Assembly: GCA_963662285.2 (NCBI GenBank)
Contig: CAXXMV010000002.1
Span: forward strand, 544,001 to 608,000
Source: a bacterium
GTDB lineage: Bacteria; Hinthialibacterota; Hinthialibacteria; Hinthialibacterales; Hinthialibacteraceae
DNA: 64,000 nucleotides
Direction of reading: 5' to 3'
Below, one piece after another: positions 19,781 to 29,540 of this stretch. The notes below the pieces were generated by a model. That model was not told where the DNA came from and ran no database searches. It was given only the letters and a program-made list of their open reading frames with translations. Each line of letters begins with the position of its first letter. Position 1 is the first letter of the stretch. The translations under genes were made by a program, and so were the position numbers.

Positions 19781-20758
19781 TTAGTTTTTCTTACGATCAG
19801 TTAAATCTAGAAGCACGAATAAAGCGCCAACGCCAAACAAGATAAACATCCAAAGTTCTTCAATAAGTTCGATAACGTCAAAACCAGTCCACTTATCCAA
19901 CATAAAGGCGCACCCAACAGCGGTGAAGATGCTGCCCAACACAAACTGTCCCCGGTCGCGATCCCTTTGATATTCACGCAGCAGACGAAGCCCGAAGGCT
20001 AGTGGTATCAGCGGCCACAGGTGATCCCAAGTATCGAATGACCAGATATTTATGCCTGCATATTCATCCAGAATAACCATCCCGCCGATAGCCATAAAGA
20101 TAACGCCCAGGAAGAACTTGCCCGATACTCCACGGGAGCGTCTTTTTTTAGGTTCTTGAGCGACAGTATTTTCTGTTGCAGTATTCTGTTGAGTATTAGT
20201 CTGTTGAGTATTCATTGTTTCCTCCGGTGAAGACTTAAAAGTACCAGATGCGGCTGATGCGCTTGCGGTTCTACTCATTTTTTGCTGAGCCTCCGTTCTT
20301 AAATGCTCCTGTTCATTTTCAGCATTTACGGCATCCCCTGGAGGGGGCGACGGGGGCGGCGAAGCAGGAGATGGCGCATGGGCGAAACCAAGATTAATGC
20401 GCCGGGCGTTTTGCATAGCGTCTGCTATTGAAAATACGACTAAAAAAGGAAGCATGACTATGAACCAAAGTAATGGATATACCCGAGATATACCATTATG
20501 AAAAAAGGGGTTAAAACGAAAAGAACCAACCATTTCAAGATCAAATCCCAAAAAGTTACCAATTGAAGAACCATTATGAACCGGAACAAAAGCAAAAGGT
20601 GACAGACGCAACACAAAAAATAGAAATGTTCCGACAAAAAGAATAAACAGCAAAAGACCTTTGCCCGTCTGTTCGTTATATATCTGCCCTAATCCGGGTA
20701 CTATAGATAAAATTCCCGCTACCAGGGGACTTTTTTTAGAGGTATAAACTCTACTCAT
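19781..20758 (-). CDS. Envelope-stress membrane protein (TM2-like N-terminus, LiaF/LiaI-like TM region)
   Basis: KSPLVAGILSIVPGLGQIYN; Pro-rich linker; FFLGVIFMAIG..LWPLIPL; RBS GGAG before 20758. Confidence 0.7.
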   Translation of the reverse strand: MSRVYTSKKSPLVAGILSIVPGLGQIYNEQTGKGLLLFILFVGTFLFFVLRLSPFAFVPVHNGSSIGNFLGFDLEMVGSFRFNPFFHNGISRVYPLLWFIVMLPFLVVFSIADAMQNARRINLGFAHAPSPASPPPSPPPGDAVNAENEQEHLRTEAQQKMSRTASASAASGTFKSSPEETMNTQQTNTQQNTATENTVAQEPKKRRSRGVSGKFFLGVIFMAIGGMVILDEYAGINIWSFDTWDHLWPLIPLAFGLRLLREYQRDRDRGQFVLGSIFTAVGCAFMLDKWTGFDVIELIEELWMFILFGVGALFVLLDLTDRKKN

Positions 20759-20823
20759 TTTGATTCTCCACAAACTTACTTTATCGCGCTTAAACGCATG
20801 TTTATTTGACAACCACGCAAATC

Positions 20824-21486
20824 TTAATTGCTGTTTTTGATCTCTTCTTTATTATCGATCTTGGCATCATTACTATACGAAGACTGATTGCCGTTTATGT
20901 CATTAATAGCTGGTGAACCGGAAATTTCAGCTGATTTGGCGTCTTTCATTTGTAGAGCTGTCGTAACGCGATTGATCAAACCGCTGGCTTTGCTATCAAC
21001 ATAGGTATAGATGCGGTCACTCTCTTCGACCATCCAACCGGCGTAAGTGGAAACCTGTTCTACTATTATAAAATCTTTGATATCTTTACCAGCCTCGACC
21101 TGTGGGCTGATGAATATTCCAAATAGCACTATACAAAACGTTACGAACGCAGGCACGCCCTCCCGTTTCAGGATTATGGGGATGCCAACATCAGGAACAA
21201 TATCCAAACAGGCGTTCCATATATCCAGCCAAATCGATTGGCGTGGTTTGACCATCTGCGCCTGTGCGTTGTCTCGCTCTTTGATATAGCCCATAACAAT
21301 ATCGGCCAAATCGTCGGGCGGTTCGGGAATACTCAGCGAATCAAGCGCGTAAACCACGCTTTCCAGAGCATTCTTGTACGCAAGGCATTCAGGGGTATTT
21401 TCGATATACTGCTCCACATCAGCAGGAATATCTTCCCCATCCAGCATGCGCTCGATCCATTCATTTGCTTTTTCTTGATCAATCAT
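20824..21486 (-). CDS. Putative membrane-anchored anti-sigma factor
   Basis: Directly downstream of the ECF sigma; N-terminal LDGE..YIENTPEC..PEPPDDL pattern; one TM helix. Confidence 0.7.
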   Translation of the reverse strand: MIDQEKANEWIERMLDGEDIPADVEQYIENTPECLAYKNALESVVYALDSLSIPEPPDDLADIVMGYIKERDNAQAQMVKPRQSIWLDIWNACLDIVPDVGIPIILKREGVPAFVTFCIVLFGIFISPQVEAGKDIKDFIIVEQVSTYAGWMVEESDRIYTYVDSKASGLINRVTTALQMKDAKSAEISGSPAINDINGNQSSYSNDAKIDNKEEIKNSN

Positions 21487-21557
21487 AATGAGTCTCCTGC
21501 GTTATAGCGGTTAACAAAAATATATGCGCATTTCCGCACGTTATTTTGAGAATCGCG

Positions 21558-22130
21558 CTAAGAGAGCAATTCGCTCTGCATTGGCCGCAGAATCTCCGAT
21601 AGTTTTACCCTGGCCCGGTGAATATGCGTCATAACGGTTCCCAAGGGAAGCGACAGGGTTTGGGCGATTTCTTCATAACTCAATTCTTCAATATGCCGCA
21701 ATAAAATAACCATTTGATATTTATCGGGCAACTGATGAATCGCTTTAAGCACAAGTTCTTCTCGGTTAAAACTCTCCTGTTCATCATGCGGATTATAAGT
21801 TTCATCCGGTATGTTCAGGACATGATCGTCTTCCATTGTCAAGGAACATGCCTTGACGCGCTTTTTTTTGCGCTGATCCAAAATATAATTAACCGTTATC
21901 CGGTTGATCCAGGCTTTGAACGGTCGTTCCGGATTATAGGTATTTAAAGCTTTATAAGCCCTGAAAAACACTTCTTGCACAACATCTTGCGCTCCATCAG
22001 CTCTTCCAACCATACTGTACGCAATGTGATAGACAATGCCGCTGTAGGATTCAACCAGCATGCGAAACGCATCCCGGTTCCCCGACAGAACCTCTTCAAC
22101 AATCGCGGCGTCATCCATCAGTTGATCCAT
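21558..22130 (-). CDS. ECF sigma factor (SigW/RpoE-like)
   Basis: AFRMLVESY, AQDVVQEVF, FKAWINRITVN and LSYEEIAQTLSLPLGTVMTHIHRAR motifs. Confidence 0.93.
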   Translation of the reverse strand: MDQLMDDAAIVEEVLSGNRDAFRMLVESYSGIVYHIAYSMVGRADGAQDVVQEVFFRAYKALNTYNPERPFKAWINRITVNYILDQRKKKRVKACSLTMEDDHVLNIPDETYNPHDEQESFNREELVLKAIHQLPDKYQMVILLRHIEELSYEEIAQTLSLPLGTVMTHIHRARVKLSEILRPMQSELLS

Positions 22131-22174
22131 GCTCTGTCCAAATCCGAAATAAATGTTTATCCTGCATATATTAT

Positions 22175-22200
22175 TACGAAAAGATTATTCTTATATTTCA
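22175..22200 (-). promoter_or_regulatory. Autoregulatory ECF (SigW-type) promoter
   Basis: Minus strand TGAAAT-N16-CGTA matches the SigW consensus TGAAAC-N16-CGTA with exact spacing. Confidence 0.7.
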
Positions 22201-22394
22201 CTAACATGAAATTAATGGCATTTATAACGGTTTATCAAAGTTTATGTTATAGTATACTCAACCCAACAATCCATCACTCCGGTAATCTGCATTTATTTTG
22301 TATAATAAAATCTTTATAATCTACAAGATTTGAATAAATAATATGATATAACGCTCTAATAATCCTTAAACTTAATTTTCATCGAGATTAAACC

Positions 22395-24014
22395 ATGATA
22401 TCAAAGCAGTTTCCATTAAAAAAACTATTCATTATTATAGGCATTGTTTTATTGGTTGGCGCGTCTTTTTCAGTTCATGATGCTAATGCGCTTGCTCAAG
22501 CAGACAATATTAATTCTGCCACTACTCAAGCAGCCACCGCAGCTATTGCGCCTGCCACGATAACTTCATCAACCGAAGATGAGATAATTCTCAAAGTTGT
22601 AGACAAACTCACCGAAGCGATGAAAGGCATCGCCGCAACCCAATCTGCCACCGCCGCCGCACAGATTGCTCCCGCCACAATTGATAAAGTTACCAAGGAA
22701 CCGGCTATTCTTAGTGGTATCGATAAAAGCGTTGATACCATGATGGATGGCATCTCAACCTCAATAACCAGGACGCGGCATTGGATTTCCCGCGCTTTAG
22801 GCGGCGAAGATTCAAATATTGCCTATTTGGTCGATGTGATGCTATCTTTTATTTCTTATGATTTGATGGGCTGGGAAATATGGGAATATCTGCTCTCTTT
22901 CTTCATCATATTTTTCTCGTTATGCCTGAGACAATGGATCGCCCTACGGCTTTTTAATACATTTAAACGTTTCTCTTCAACTACCAAGACGCGTATTGAT
23001 GACGAATTGGCGGTGCTTTTTGAACAACTATTACCTCCCTTCAGGATGGCGATAGTATTATTCGGCGTTTATCTTAGTGTAATGGTTTTTTTTCATGGCA
23101 AACCGCCTTCAGGGTCTACTATTCTTACGCAGTTTTTTCATCTCTTCAGGGCCGTCAGTTTTCTATCGTTATTAAGCATCATCGCCTGGGCTTTATGTCG
23201 CGTGGCAGATGTAACAATCCAGTGGATGTCCCGCATGACGCGCGACCAGGAAACATTGCTGGATCACACCTTCATTCCCATAGCCCGGAGAACCGCCAAG
23301 ATTTTCATCATCATTGTCACCGTTCTCCAGGGACTCGACTATTTTAATCTCGATGCCATCGTTAATAGTTTACTGGCGGCTGCTGGCGTATCCGGTTTGG
23401 CTATCGGTCTGGCCGCGCAGGATACTATCAAGAACTTTTTCGGCTCAATCGTACTGCTGGTCGATCGGCCATTTTCAATCGGCGACTGGATTGTCGCCGG
23501 AGATACCGAAGGAATCGTCGAATCAGTTGGTTTCCGCAGCACCAAAATCCGCACCTTCGGCAAAACGCTGATCACCATCCCCAATTCATCTATCGTTGAC
23601 CGCGATATCGATAATATCACCAGACGAAAAGTGCGCCGCATTAAATTCAACCTCGGCGTATCCTACGAGACCAAACCGGAACAGATGGAAGAACTGCTTG
23701 GCCGCATCCGTACTTTGCTGCGCACCGATGATGCTGTCTGGCCTCATCTTATCTTGGTGCGTTTTACCGAGTTTGGTGAAAGTTCCCTCAACATTTTCAT
23801 TTACTATTTCTCCAAAACAATTGACTGGGATGAACATCTCGCCGTTCGCGAACGTATGAACCTGGAAATCATGAAAATCATCAATGAGATGGGTCTGGAA
23901 ATCGCATTTCCCACTCGAACGCTCTACTTGCGGCAGGATGATCCATCCGGCATTGAATCGTCCAATGACTCAACCGAGGTTGATTCACCTCCCGATGAAC
24001 CTTATATGGCTTGA
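22395..24014 (+). CDS. MscS-family mechanosensitive channel with a long N-terminal extension
   Basis: GVSGLAIGLAAQDTIKNFFG, RPFSIGDWI, VGFRSTKIRT, IPNS and IAFPT motifs. Confidence 0.93.
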   Translation: MISKQFPLKKLFIIIGIVLLVGASFSVHDANALAQADNINSATTQAATAAIAPATITSSTEDEIILKVVDKLTEAMKGIAATQSATAAAQIAPATIDKVTKEPAILSGIDKSVDTMMDGISTSITRTRHWISRALGGEDSNIAYLVDVMLSFISYDLMGWEIWEYLLSFFIIFFSLCLRQWIALRLFNTFKRFSSTTKTRIDDELAVLFEQLLPPFRMAIVLFGVYLSVMVFFHGKPPSGSTILTQFFHLFRAVSFLSLLSIIAWALCRVADVTIQWMSRMTRDQETLLDHTFIPIARRTAKIFIIIVTVLQGLDYFNLDAIVNSLLAAAGVSGLAIGLAAQDTIKNFFGSIVLLVDRPFSIGDWIVAGDTEGIVESVGFRSTKIRTFGKTLITIPNSSIVDRDIDNITRRKVRRIKFNLGVSYETKPEQMEELLGRIRTLLRTDDAVWPHLILVRFTEFGESSLNIFIYYFSKTIDWDEHLAVRERMNLEIMKIINEMGLEIAFPTRTLYLRQDDPSGIESSNDSTEVDSPPDEPYMA

Positions 24015-24132
24015 TTGATAGATCAAAAACCAATTGCTCTTTACTGCTTAAATCCTATCTACGACTGGAAGCCTTTGCTTCCATCTGTTAGACTGTTTTC
24101 CGAATCTCAGATTTTAATAATGGGAGAGTAAT

Positions 24133-25527
24133 ATGTCCGACGAGAGAATACAGTCTATTATTGATGATGATATATATGTGAAAAAGCCGTTTTACTGCTG
24201 GCTGGCATTAATTGCCGGATTATTGGCCTGGACTTTTGACGGCGTAGAGCAAGGCGTTTACGCTATCATGTCCCGCGCCGCCTTAAAAGAACTCGTCCCC
24301 GGCATCCCAGAAATGATGCAGAAAGCCGTTGATTTAAGCGCCAATGGCATGGCGGCTCAAGCGACGGATCTCATATCCCAGGTTGATAAGTCAGTCGGTT
24401 TTTATTTCAGTTTGGCAGTGGCCATGTGGTTATGGGGCGCCGCAGCTGGAGGCGTACTTTTTGGCCGCTGGGGCGACAAATACGGACGGGTCAGGACGTT
24501 GATTTTCGCCGTTATCACTTATTCCGCATTTACCGGTCTAACCGCGCTTTCAACCCATTGGTCTCACTTCGCCATTTGCCGGTTCATAGGCGCAATGGGT
24601 CTGGGTGGCGCCTGGCCTCTGAGTCTTGCGCTAATCGTTGAAACCTGGCCGGAAAAATATCGTGCAGTTTTGGCTGGATTGATGGGCGCCGGGGCCAATG
24701 TCGGCTTTTTAATTGCTTCCCTCTACTCGCGTCAAATGCTCGCTCTCGGCTATAACTGGCGCTGGGTAATTGGAATGGGCTGCGCTATCGGTTTCAGTAG
24801 TCTATTCATAATTGTCTTTGTGCCCGAACCGACTAAATGGGTCATCTCTAAAGCCAAAAAACATAAATCAAAATTGCGCGACCTCTTCGTCCCCCGCTAT
24901 CGCAGGTCTGCTATCGTTGGAAGTCTGTTGTCCACCGTGGCTTTACTTGGGACTTGGGGATCATTCCTCTGGATGTCGACTTACGTCGACCAGATCGCCG
25001 AGGGAACCGAGTACCAAGGCACGGCTAAAGCCACCATCGCGTTATGGCAATCCTACGGACAGATCATCGGCGGTTTCATGGGCGGCGTTTTAGCGGGAAT
25101 TATGGGCGGCAACAAACGCTCCTGGTGTTTCCTGTGCATCGCCGCTTGGGCGTCAGTCTTCGCTATGCTTTATTGCAATACCGTATTCGGAATGCAGATG
25201 CTATGGATGGGCGCTTTCGCCGGGCTTTTCGTCACCGCCTATTTCGGATGGCTGCCCAAGTATCTGTCCGAACTGTTCCCCACCCGCATCCGGGGATTGG
25301 GACAGGGCTTTTCATTCAATGTTGGCCGTATATTAACCGGATTCGGCGTACTTGGAGCGGGAACATTAACCGACAAGGTATTCGACGGTGATTACCGCAA
25401 AACCATGATGGTTATGTGTTCCATATATTTGACTGGTTTGATTGTTATTATCTTTGCCCCCAACACTGGCGGGCAGATGGTTTCTGACGAAGAAGATGAA
25501 GCCGCCATGCAAGAACATAACGGATAA
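24133..25527 (+). CDS. MFS transporter
   Basis: FDG, GRWGDKYGR, ETWP..R and SELFPTRIRG motifs; 12-TM pattern. Confidence 0.92.
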   Translation: MSDERIQSIIDDDIYVKKPFYCWLALIAGLLAWTFDGVEQGVYAIMSRAALKELVPGIPEMMQKAVDLSANGMAAQATDLISQVDKSVGFYFSLAVAMWLWGAAAGGVLFGRWGDKYGRVRTLIFAVITYSAFTGLTALSTHWSHFAICRFIGAMGLGGAWPLSLALIVETWPEKYRAVLAGLMGAGANVGFLIASLYSRQMLALGYNWRWVIGMGCAIGFSSLFIIVFVPEPTKWVISKAKKHKSKLRDLFVPRYRRSAIVGSLLSTVALLGTWGSFLWMSTYVDQIAEGTEYQGTAKATIALWQSYGQIIGGFMGGVLAGIMGGNKRSWCFLCIAAWASVFAMLYCNTVFGMQMLWMGAFAGLFVTAYFGWLPKYLSELFPTRIRGLGQGFSFNVGRILTGFGVLGAGTLTDKVFDGDYRKTMMVMCSIYLTGLIVIIFAPNTGGQMVSDEEDEAAMQEHNG

Positions 25528-25547
25528 ATTTATCTCATGAAACACTT

Positions 25548-25586
25548 AAAAACGGCCTGACTGGCGACAGTCAGGCCGTTTTTTTT
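25548..25586 (+). terminator. Intrinsic terminator after the MFS gene
   Basis: aaaaacggcctgactg-gcga-cagtcaggccgtttttttt. Confidence 0.88.
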
Positions 25587-25695
25587 ACAATAAACTTTGA
25601 ACACCCTGGAGATTCAATTACCGATTATTTTAAATTATCTCATGAAAAACGGATATTATATTATATATTAAACAATTATATCCTTTGGTTTGATC

Positions 25696-27138
25696 ATGAA
25701 AAAACATAGATTATCGCTTAATATAATGTTGTTTTCAGCAATCTTGATTTTGTTATTTGCCCAGAAAACCTATTCAGTCGATTTTTCCTCTGACGAGCAA
25801 AAGTGGATCGATCAGGAACATCGATTGCGTTTTAGCGAAGTCGAGTGGCAACCGCTTTCCTATACGGCTGAATTTCCTGTTTACAAAGGGATTATTGCTG
25901 AGTACTTAGAAATTATTGCTACCCGCGCTGGTATTAAAATGGACTATGTTAAAAGTAGGACATGGCAGGAAGTGCTGGATAAATTTTGCAACAATGAGAT
26001 TGACCTGATACCAGCATTGTCAAAAGAGGATGATATCGGTACAGAGGTCTTATTTACTGATTCTTATATATCCTTTCCTTTAGTTATCGCTACCAGAAAT
26101 GACATCGATTTTATTAGTTATACTCATGAATTAAAAGGTAAAAAAGTTGGTGTAGGCAAAGGCTATACCAGTTACTACTTTCTTAAAAAAAATCATCCTG
26201 AAATTGAACTTATAACTACAGATGATGTCTTGCAAGGATTAAAATTGTTAGACAAAGGCGAGATTGATGCCTTTGTCGGTCATTTGGCTGTTATTATTTA
26301 TACGATTACTAACTCTAACCTTGATGTTAAGATCGCAGGTAAAACTGAGTTTATTTTTGAACATAGAATGGGGTTATCTCCCAAACATGCACCAGCTGTA
26401 TCAATTTTCAATAAAATATTTGCTGAAATGACCAAGGACGAACATAATCATATTTATAACAAGTGGGTTAAAATTGGTGTAAATAGAAACGACTATTCAT
26501 TAGTTTGGAAAATTTTAATTGGAACAGGATTAGTAATTTTTGGATTCTTCTATTGGAATCGAAAATTATCAATAGAAAAAAAACGGGCTAAGCAAGCGCT
26601 TAATGATTTAAACATTCTCAAAGATCAATTGGAAGAAAAAAACGATGCATTGAATCATTTAGCAGTCACTGATCAACTGACGGGTCTTTATAACCGCCTT
26701 AAACTGGATAGTACTCTTAAAAACGAATTAGACCGCTCTGAAAGGTTCAATCATATTTTCGGGATAATACTCTTGGATATAGATAACTTTAAGGAGGTTA
26801 ATGATACTCATGGCCACCAGACTGGTGATAAAATTCTAATCAGTATTGCAGAGTTACTGAATAACCATACACGTAAAACTGATGTCGTAGGTCGATGGGG
26901 TGGAGAGGAATTTTTAATTATTTGCCCTGAAACCTGCGAAAAAGGGATTATGAAACTGGCTGAAAATTTACGGAGAATTATTGAAAATTATAAATTTCCT
27001 GTTATTTTCTCAAAGACTGCCAGTTTCGGCGTGACATTATATCGACGCGATGACAGCATTCAAACAATAATCAAAAGATCTGATAAGGCGCTTTACAATG
27101 CAAAAGAAAGCGGTAAAAACTGCATAGCATTTAATTGA
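25696..27138 (+). CDS. Diguanylate cyclase with a periplasmic solute-binding (PBPb) sensor domain
   Basis: Signal peptide, PBPb domain, TM helix, TDQLTGLYNR, DIDNFKEVND..GH..GD, RKTD I-site, RWGGEEF. Confidence 0.93.
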   Translation: MKKHRLSLNIMLFSAILILLFAQKTYSVDFSSDEQKWIDQEHRLRFSEVEWQPLSYTAEFPVYKGIIAEYLEIIATRAGIKMDYVKSRTWQEVLDKFCNNEIDLIPALSKEDDIGTEVLFTDSYISFPLVIATRNDIDFISYTHELKGKKVGVGKGYTSYYFLKKNHPEIELITTDDVLQGLKLLDKGEIDAFVGHLAVIIYTITNSNLDVKIAGKTEFIFEHRMGLSPKHAPAVSIFNKIFAEMTKDEHNHIYNKWVKIGVNRNDYSLVWKILIGTGLVIFGFFYWNRKLSIEKKRAKQALNDLNILKDQLEEKNDALNHLAVTDQLTGLYNRLKLDSTLKNELDRSERFNHIFGIILLDIDNFKEVNDTHGHQTGDKILISIAELLNNHTRKTDVVGRWGGEEFLIICPETCEKGIMKLAENLRRIIENYKFPVIFSKTASFGVTLYRRDDSIQTIIKRSDKALYNAKESGKNCIAFN

Positions 27139-27302
27139 TAATCTCTTGATAATGTATATATTAAATCAAACTCCTTCTCAAACAATAAAAAAATCCACAA
27201 AATTTATCGAATTTTACATATTTGCTGGTAATCAGGACGCCAAGGGTATAACGGAAAAAGATACCCTCATTTTGAGAAGCGCTCTAAATGGCTTGGTTGG
27301 CG

Positions 27303-27319
27303 CAGTCAGGCCGTTTTTT
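27303..27319. repeat. 17-bp direct repeat of the 3' arm of the 25548 terminator
   Basis: cagtcaggccgtttttt is identical to 25568-25584 and is preceded by a degenerate 5' arm. Confidence 0.75.
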
Positions 27320-27614
27320 ATTCCCGTCTGCAAGCGCAATTTTTTTCAGGCAGCAATATTGCGCCTATAACTGCTCCAATTGCGGCAATGGCGCCGATGC
27401 CTTGCAGCTGGTTAAGTAAGGTGTAGGGCATATTTTCGCTGAAGCTAATGAAGCAATACAACAGAATAACTGTTGCAATCAGCATGCAAAGGGCATAGAA
27501 GACTCCTCCAATAATAATAATCCACTGCAGAGGATAACGCATGGAAATTTGAGCCGAAGGCGGCGCAACTTTTCGCTTAACTCCGTTTTGTTTGGCCATA
27601 TTGTTTTTTTTCAT
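27318..27614 (-). CDS. Small 2-TM hypothetical membrane protein
   Basis: Two hydrophobic segments; starts 5 nt after the upstream gene's stop. Confidence 0.55.
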   Translation of the reverse strand: MKKNNMAKQNGVKRKVAPPSAQISMRYPLQWIIIIGGVFYALCMLIATVILLYCFISFSENMPYTLLNQLQGIGAIAAIGAVIGAILLPEKNCACRRE

Positions 27615-27619
27615 AATGA

Positions 27620-29491
27620 TCAGAACGATGATTTCAGTTCAATCTGATCCGAATACTTTTTATTCACTTTTATTGATTCTATTCTCTTTTTGAATTCACT
27701 GGAGTCGTTGCCGGTCGCATCATATAACTGAACCAACTCCTCTAATACCATAGTGTTGTCCGGCGCATATTTCAGAGCGTACTGTAAACAAGCGTTAGCT
27801 TCTTTATAAAAACGGCCTAACCGGAAAAGGATCGCTTTATTCACTATAGTATCGATATGCCGGGGATTAATTTTTAAGGTTTGATTTATAACTTCCAATG
27901 CCTTGGCGATTTTATTGGTTCGCATTAATCCAAGTTGATAGGTATGAAGAAAAAGAACATTGCCCGGAAATTTTTCTACATTTTTTTCCGCCAAGAGCGT
28001 AGCATACTCTATTTCAATATGATTATGCAGCATGATCCGAATCAGGAAATCAAGACTGTTCCCATCAATAAACTCATTTTGATTCTTTATCTGCTCCCAA
28101 TTCAATTTAGATAGGATGATTTTAATTTTTCCCTCTTGGCTATCTTCGGCTAATCGATATAAATAATTATGAAGAGTCTCTAAATTGTTCGGCGCCAGAA
28201 CATGCTCTTTATGCCAAAATTTGACGGGAGATTGATATTCAAAATTACGCCGTAAGGTAAGAGTTGAGAATAATACCAGGATCAATAAAGATAAAGCTAT
28301 GGTGATCTTCTTTAATTTCAAATCTTTAGATTTTACTAAAGCAAAAATGATCGATTCTACAATTATGGCCAGACCGATAGACGGCAGATAAATCCTTCTC
28401 TCCGCAATCAGGTCCCAAATGGGGATAATGGATGACGTCGGCGCCAGAGTAATAAAAAACCATAATATGCCAAAAGAAATTTCCGGTTTTCTGCGAAATT
28501 TGAGTATGGCGACGACCACGGCAGTTATTATGGCGGCAAAAGAAAAAATGAATCTTGGATTAAAAATGGATTCTGCCAGAGTAAAGGTCGGTCGAAATAA
28601 CAGGTTCAATGGCGCTGCAATCCTGGGGATGTAATAAAACACTATTATGCAGGCCTGCGTATATAGATTGGTCAGTGGAGTTCTGGCTTCCATATCAGGA
28701 ATACTTAAAAAGGCGCCCAGCGTATACTTGCGATAAGCGAAATATGCGCCGAATACCAGCAGCACTGGTAAACAGGCCAGCGATATCTTAAGACAAAGTC
28801 GGCGCGTCTTCTCTTCACGCATCGAGTAAACCAATAGCAATGCAAAGACGAGTGGAAGCGTAATGATTATCTCTTTAGAACTTAAACCCAAAGCAAGACA
28901 ACCACCCATCGCCGGGATTATCGATATAATCAGCAACAACCATTTAGATATAGATTTTGGCTTGGGTGAGAAGAGGTATATTATCTTTAATGAGAGCAGC
29001 ATTCCTAATACAAAAAAGATCGTCGCAAATATATTGGCGCGTGAAATGATATAGGTTACCGGTTGAGTGTTGATTGGATGCAACGCAAAAAAACAGGCCG
29101 CAATCAAACCGTAATACGGCCAATACTTTTGCTGTTCGATTTGTGGATATAAAAATTTCCAGATCGCCCGGACGCTGAAATATACCAATATAGTCGCCAA
29201 TAAATGATACAGAATATTGAAGAAATGCATGGCTCTAATCGCATCGGAAAAACAACGCCATTCCAAAGCGAATGATAATTGAACAAGGCCGCGGTTAAAG
29301 AAAAAATGGTCGAATATTTGAGGCAGATTCGCTATGTTGGTTACCCTTGGGTTATTAATTATGGCCGAGTAATCATCTAAATATGCAGGAACGCTTAAAG
29401 CAGGGATATATACGATAAAGACCAATCCAAGCAGCAAAAACAATAAAATCCGGGGGGATGCAATAATTCCGATCAAACCTTTAGTTTTCAT
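27620..29491 (-). CDS. TMTC-like GT-C membrane glycosyltransferase with C-terminal TPRs
   Basis: LDDYSAIINNP, FALHPINTQPVTYI, SKE and AERRIYLPSIG motifs followed by TPR-like helices; start codon uncertain. Confidence 0.8.
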   Translation of the reverse strand: MKTKGLIGIIASPRILLFLLLGLVFIVYIPALSVPAYLDDYSAIINNPRVTNIANLPQIFDHFFFNRGLVQLSFALEWRCFSDAIRAMHFFNILYHLLATILVYFSVRAIWKFLYPQIEQQKYWPYYGLIAACFFALHPINTQPVTYIISRANIFATIFFVLGMLLSLKIIYLFSPKPKSISKWLLLIISIIPAMGGCLALGLSSKEIIITLPLVFALLLVYSMREEKTRRLCLKISLACLPVLLVFGAYFAYRKYTLGAFLSIPDMEARTPLTNLYTQACIIVFYYIPRIAAPLNLLFRPTFTLAESIFNPRFIFSFAAIITAVVVAILKFRRKPEISFGILWFFITLAPTSSIIPIWDLIAERRIYLPSIGLAIIVESIIFALVKSKDLKLKKITIALSLLILVLFSTLTLRRNFEYQSPVKFWHKEHVLAPNNLETLHNYLYRLAEDSQEGKIKIILSKLNWEQIKNQNEFIDGNSLDFLIRIMLHNHIEIEYATLLAEKNVEKFPGNVLFLHTYQLGLMRTNKIAKALEVINQTLKINPRHIDTIVNKAILFRLGRFYKEANACLQYALKYAPDNTMVLEELVQLYDATGNDSSEFKKRIESIKVNKKYSDQIELKSSF

Positions 29492-29540
29492 ATTCTCTGT
29501 TTTTACTTCAATATTTCTGTTGCTCAATTTGTAGTCCTTC

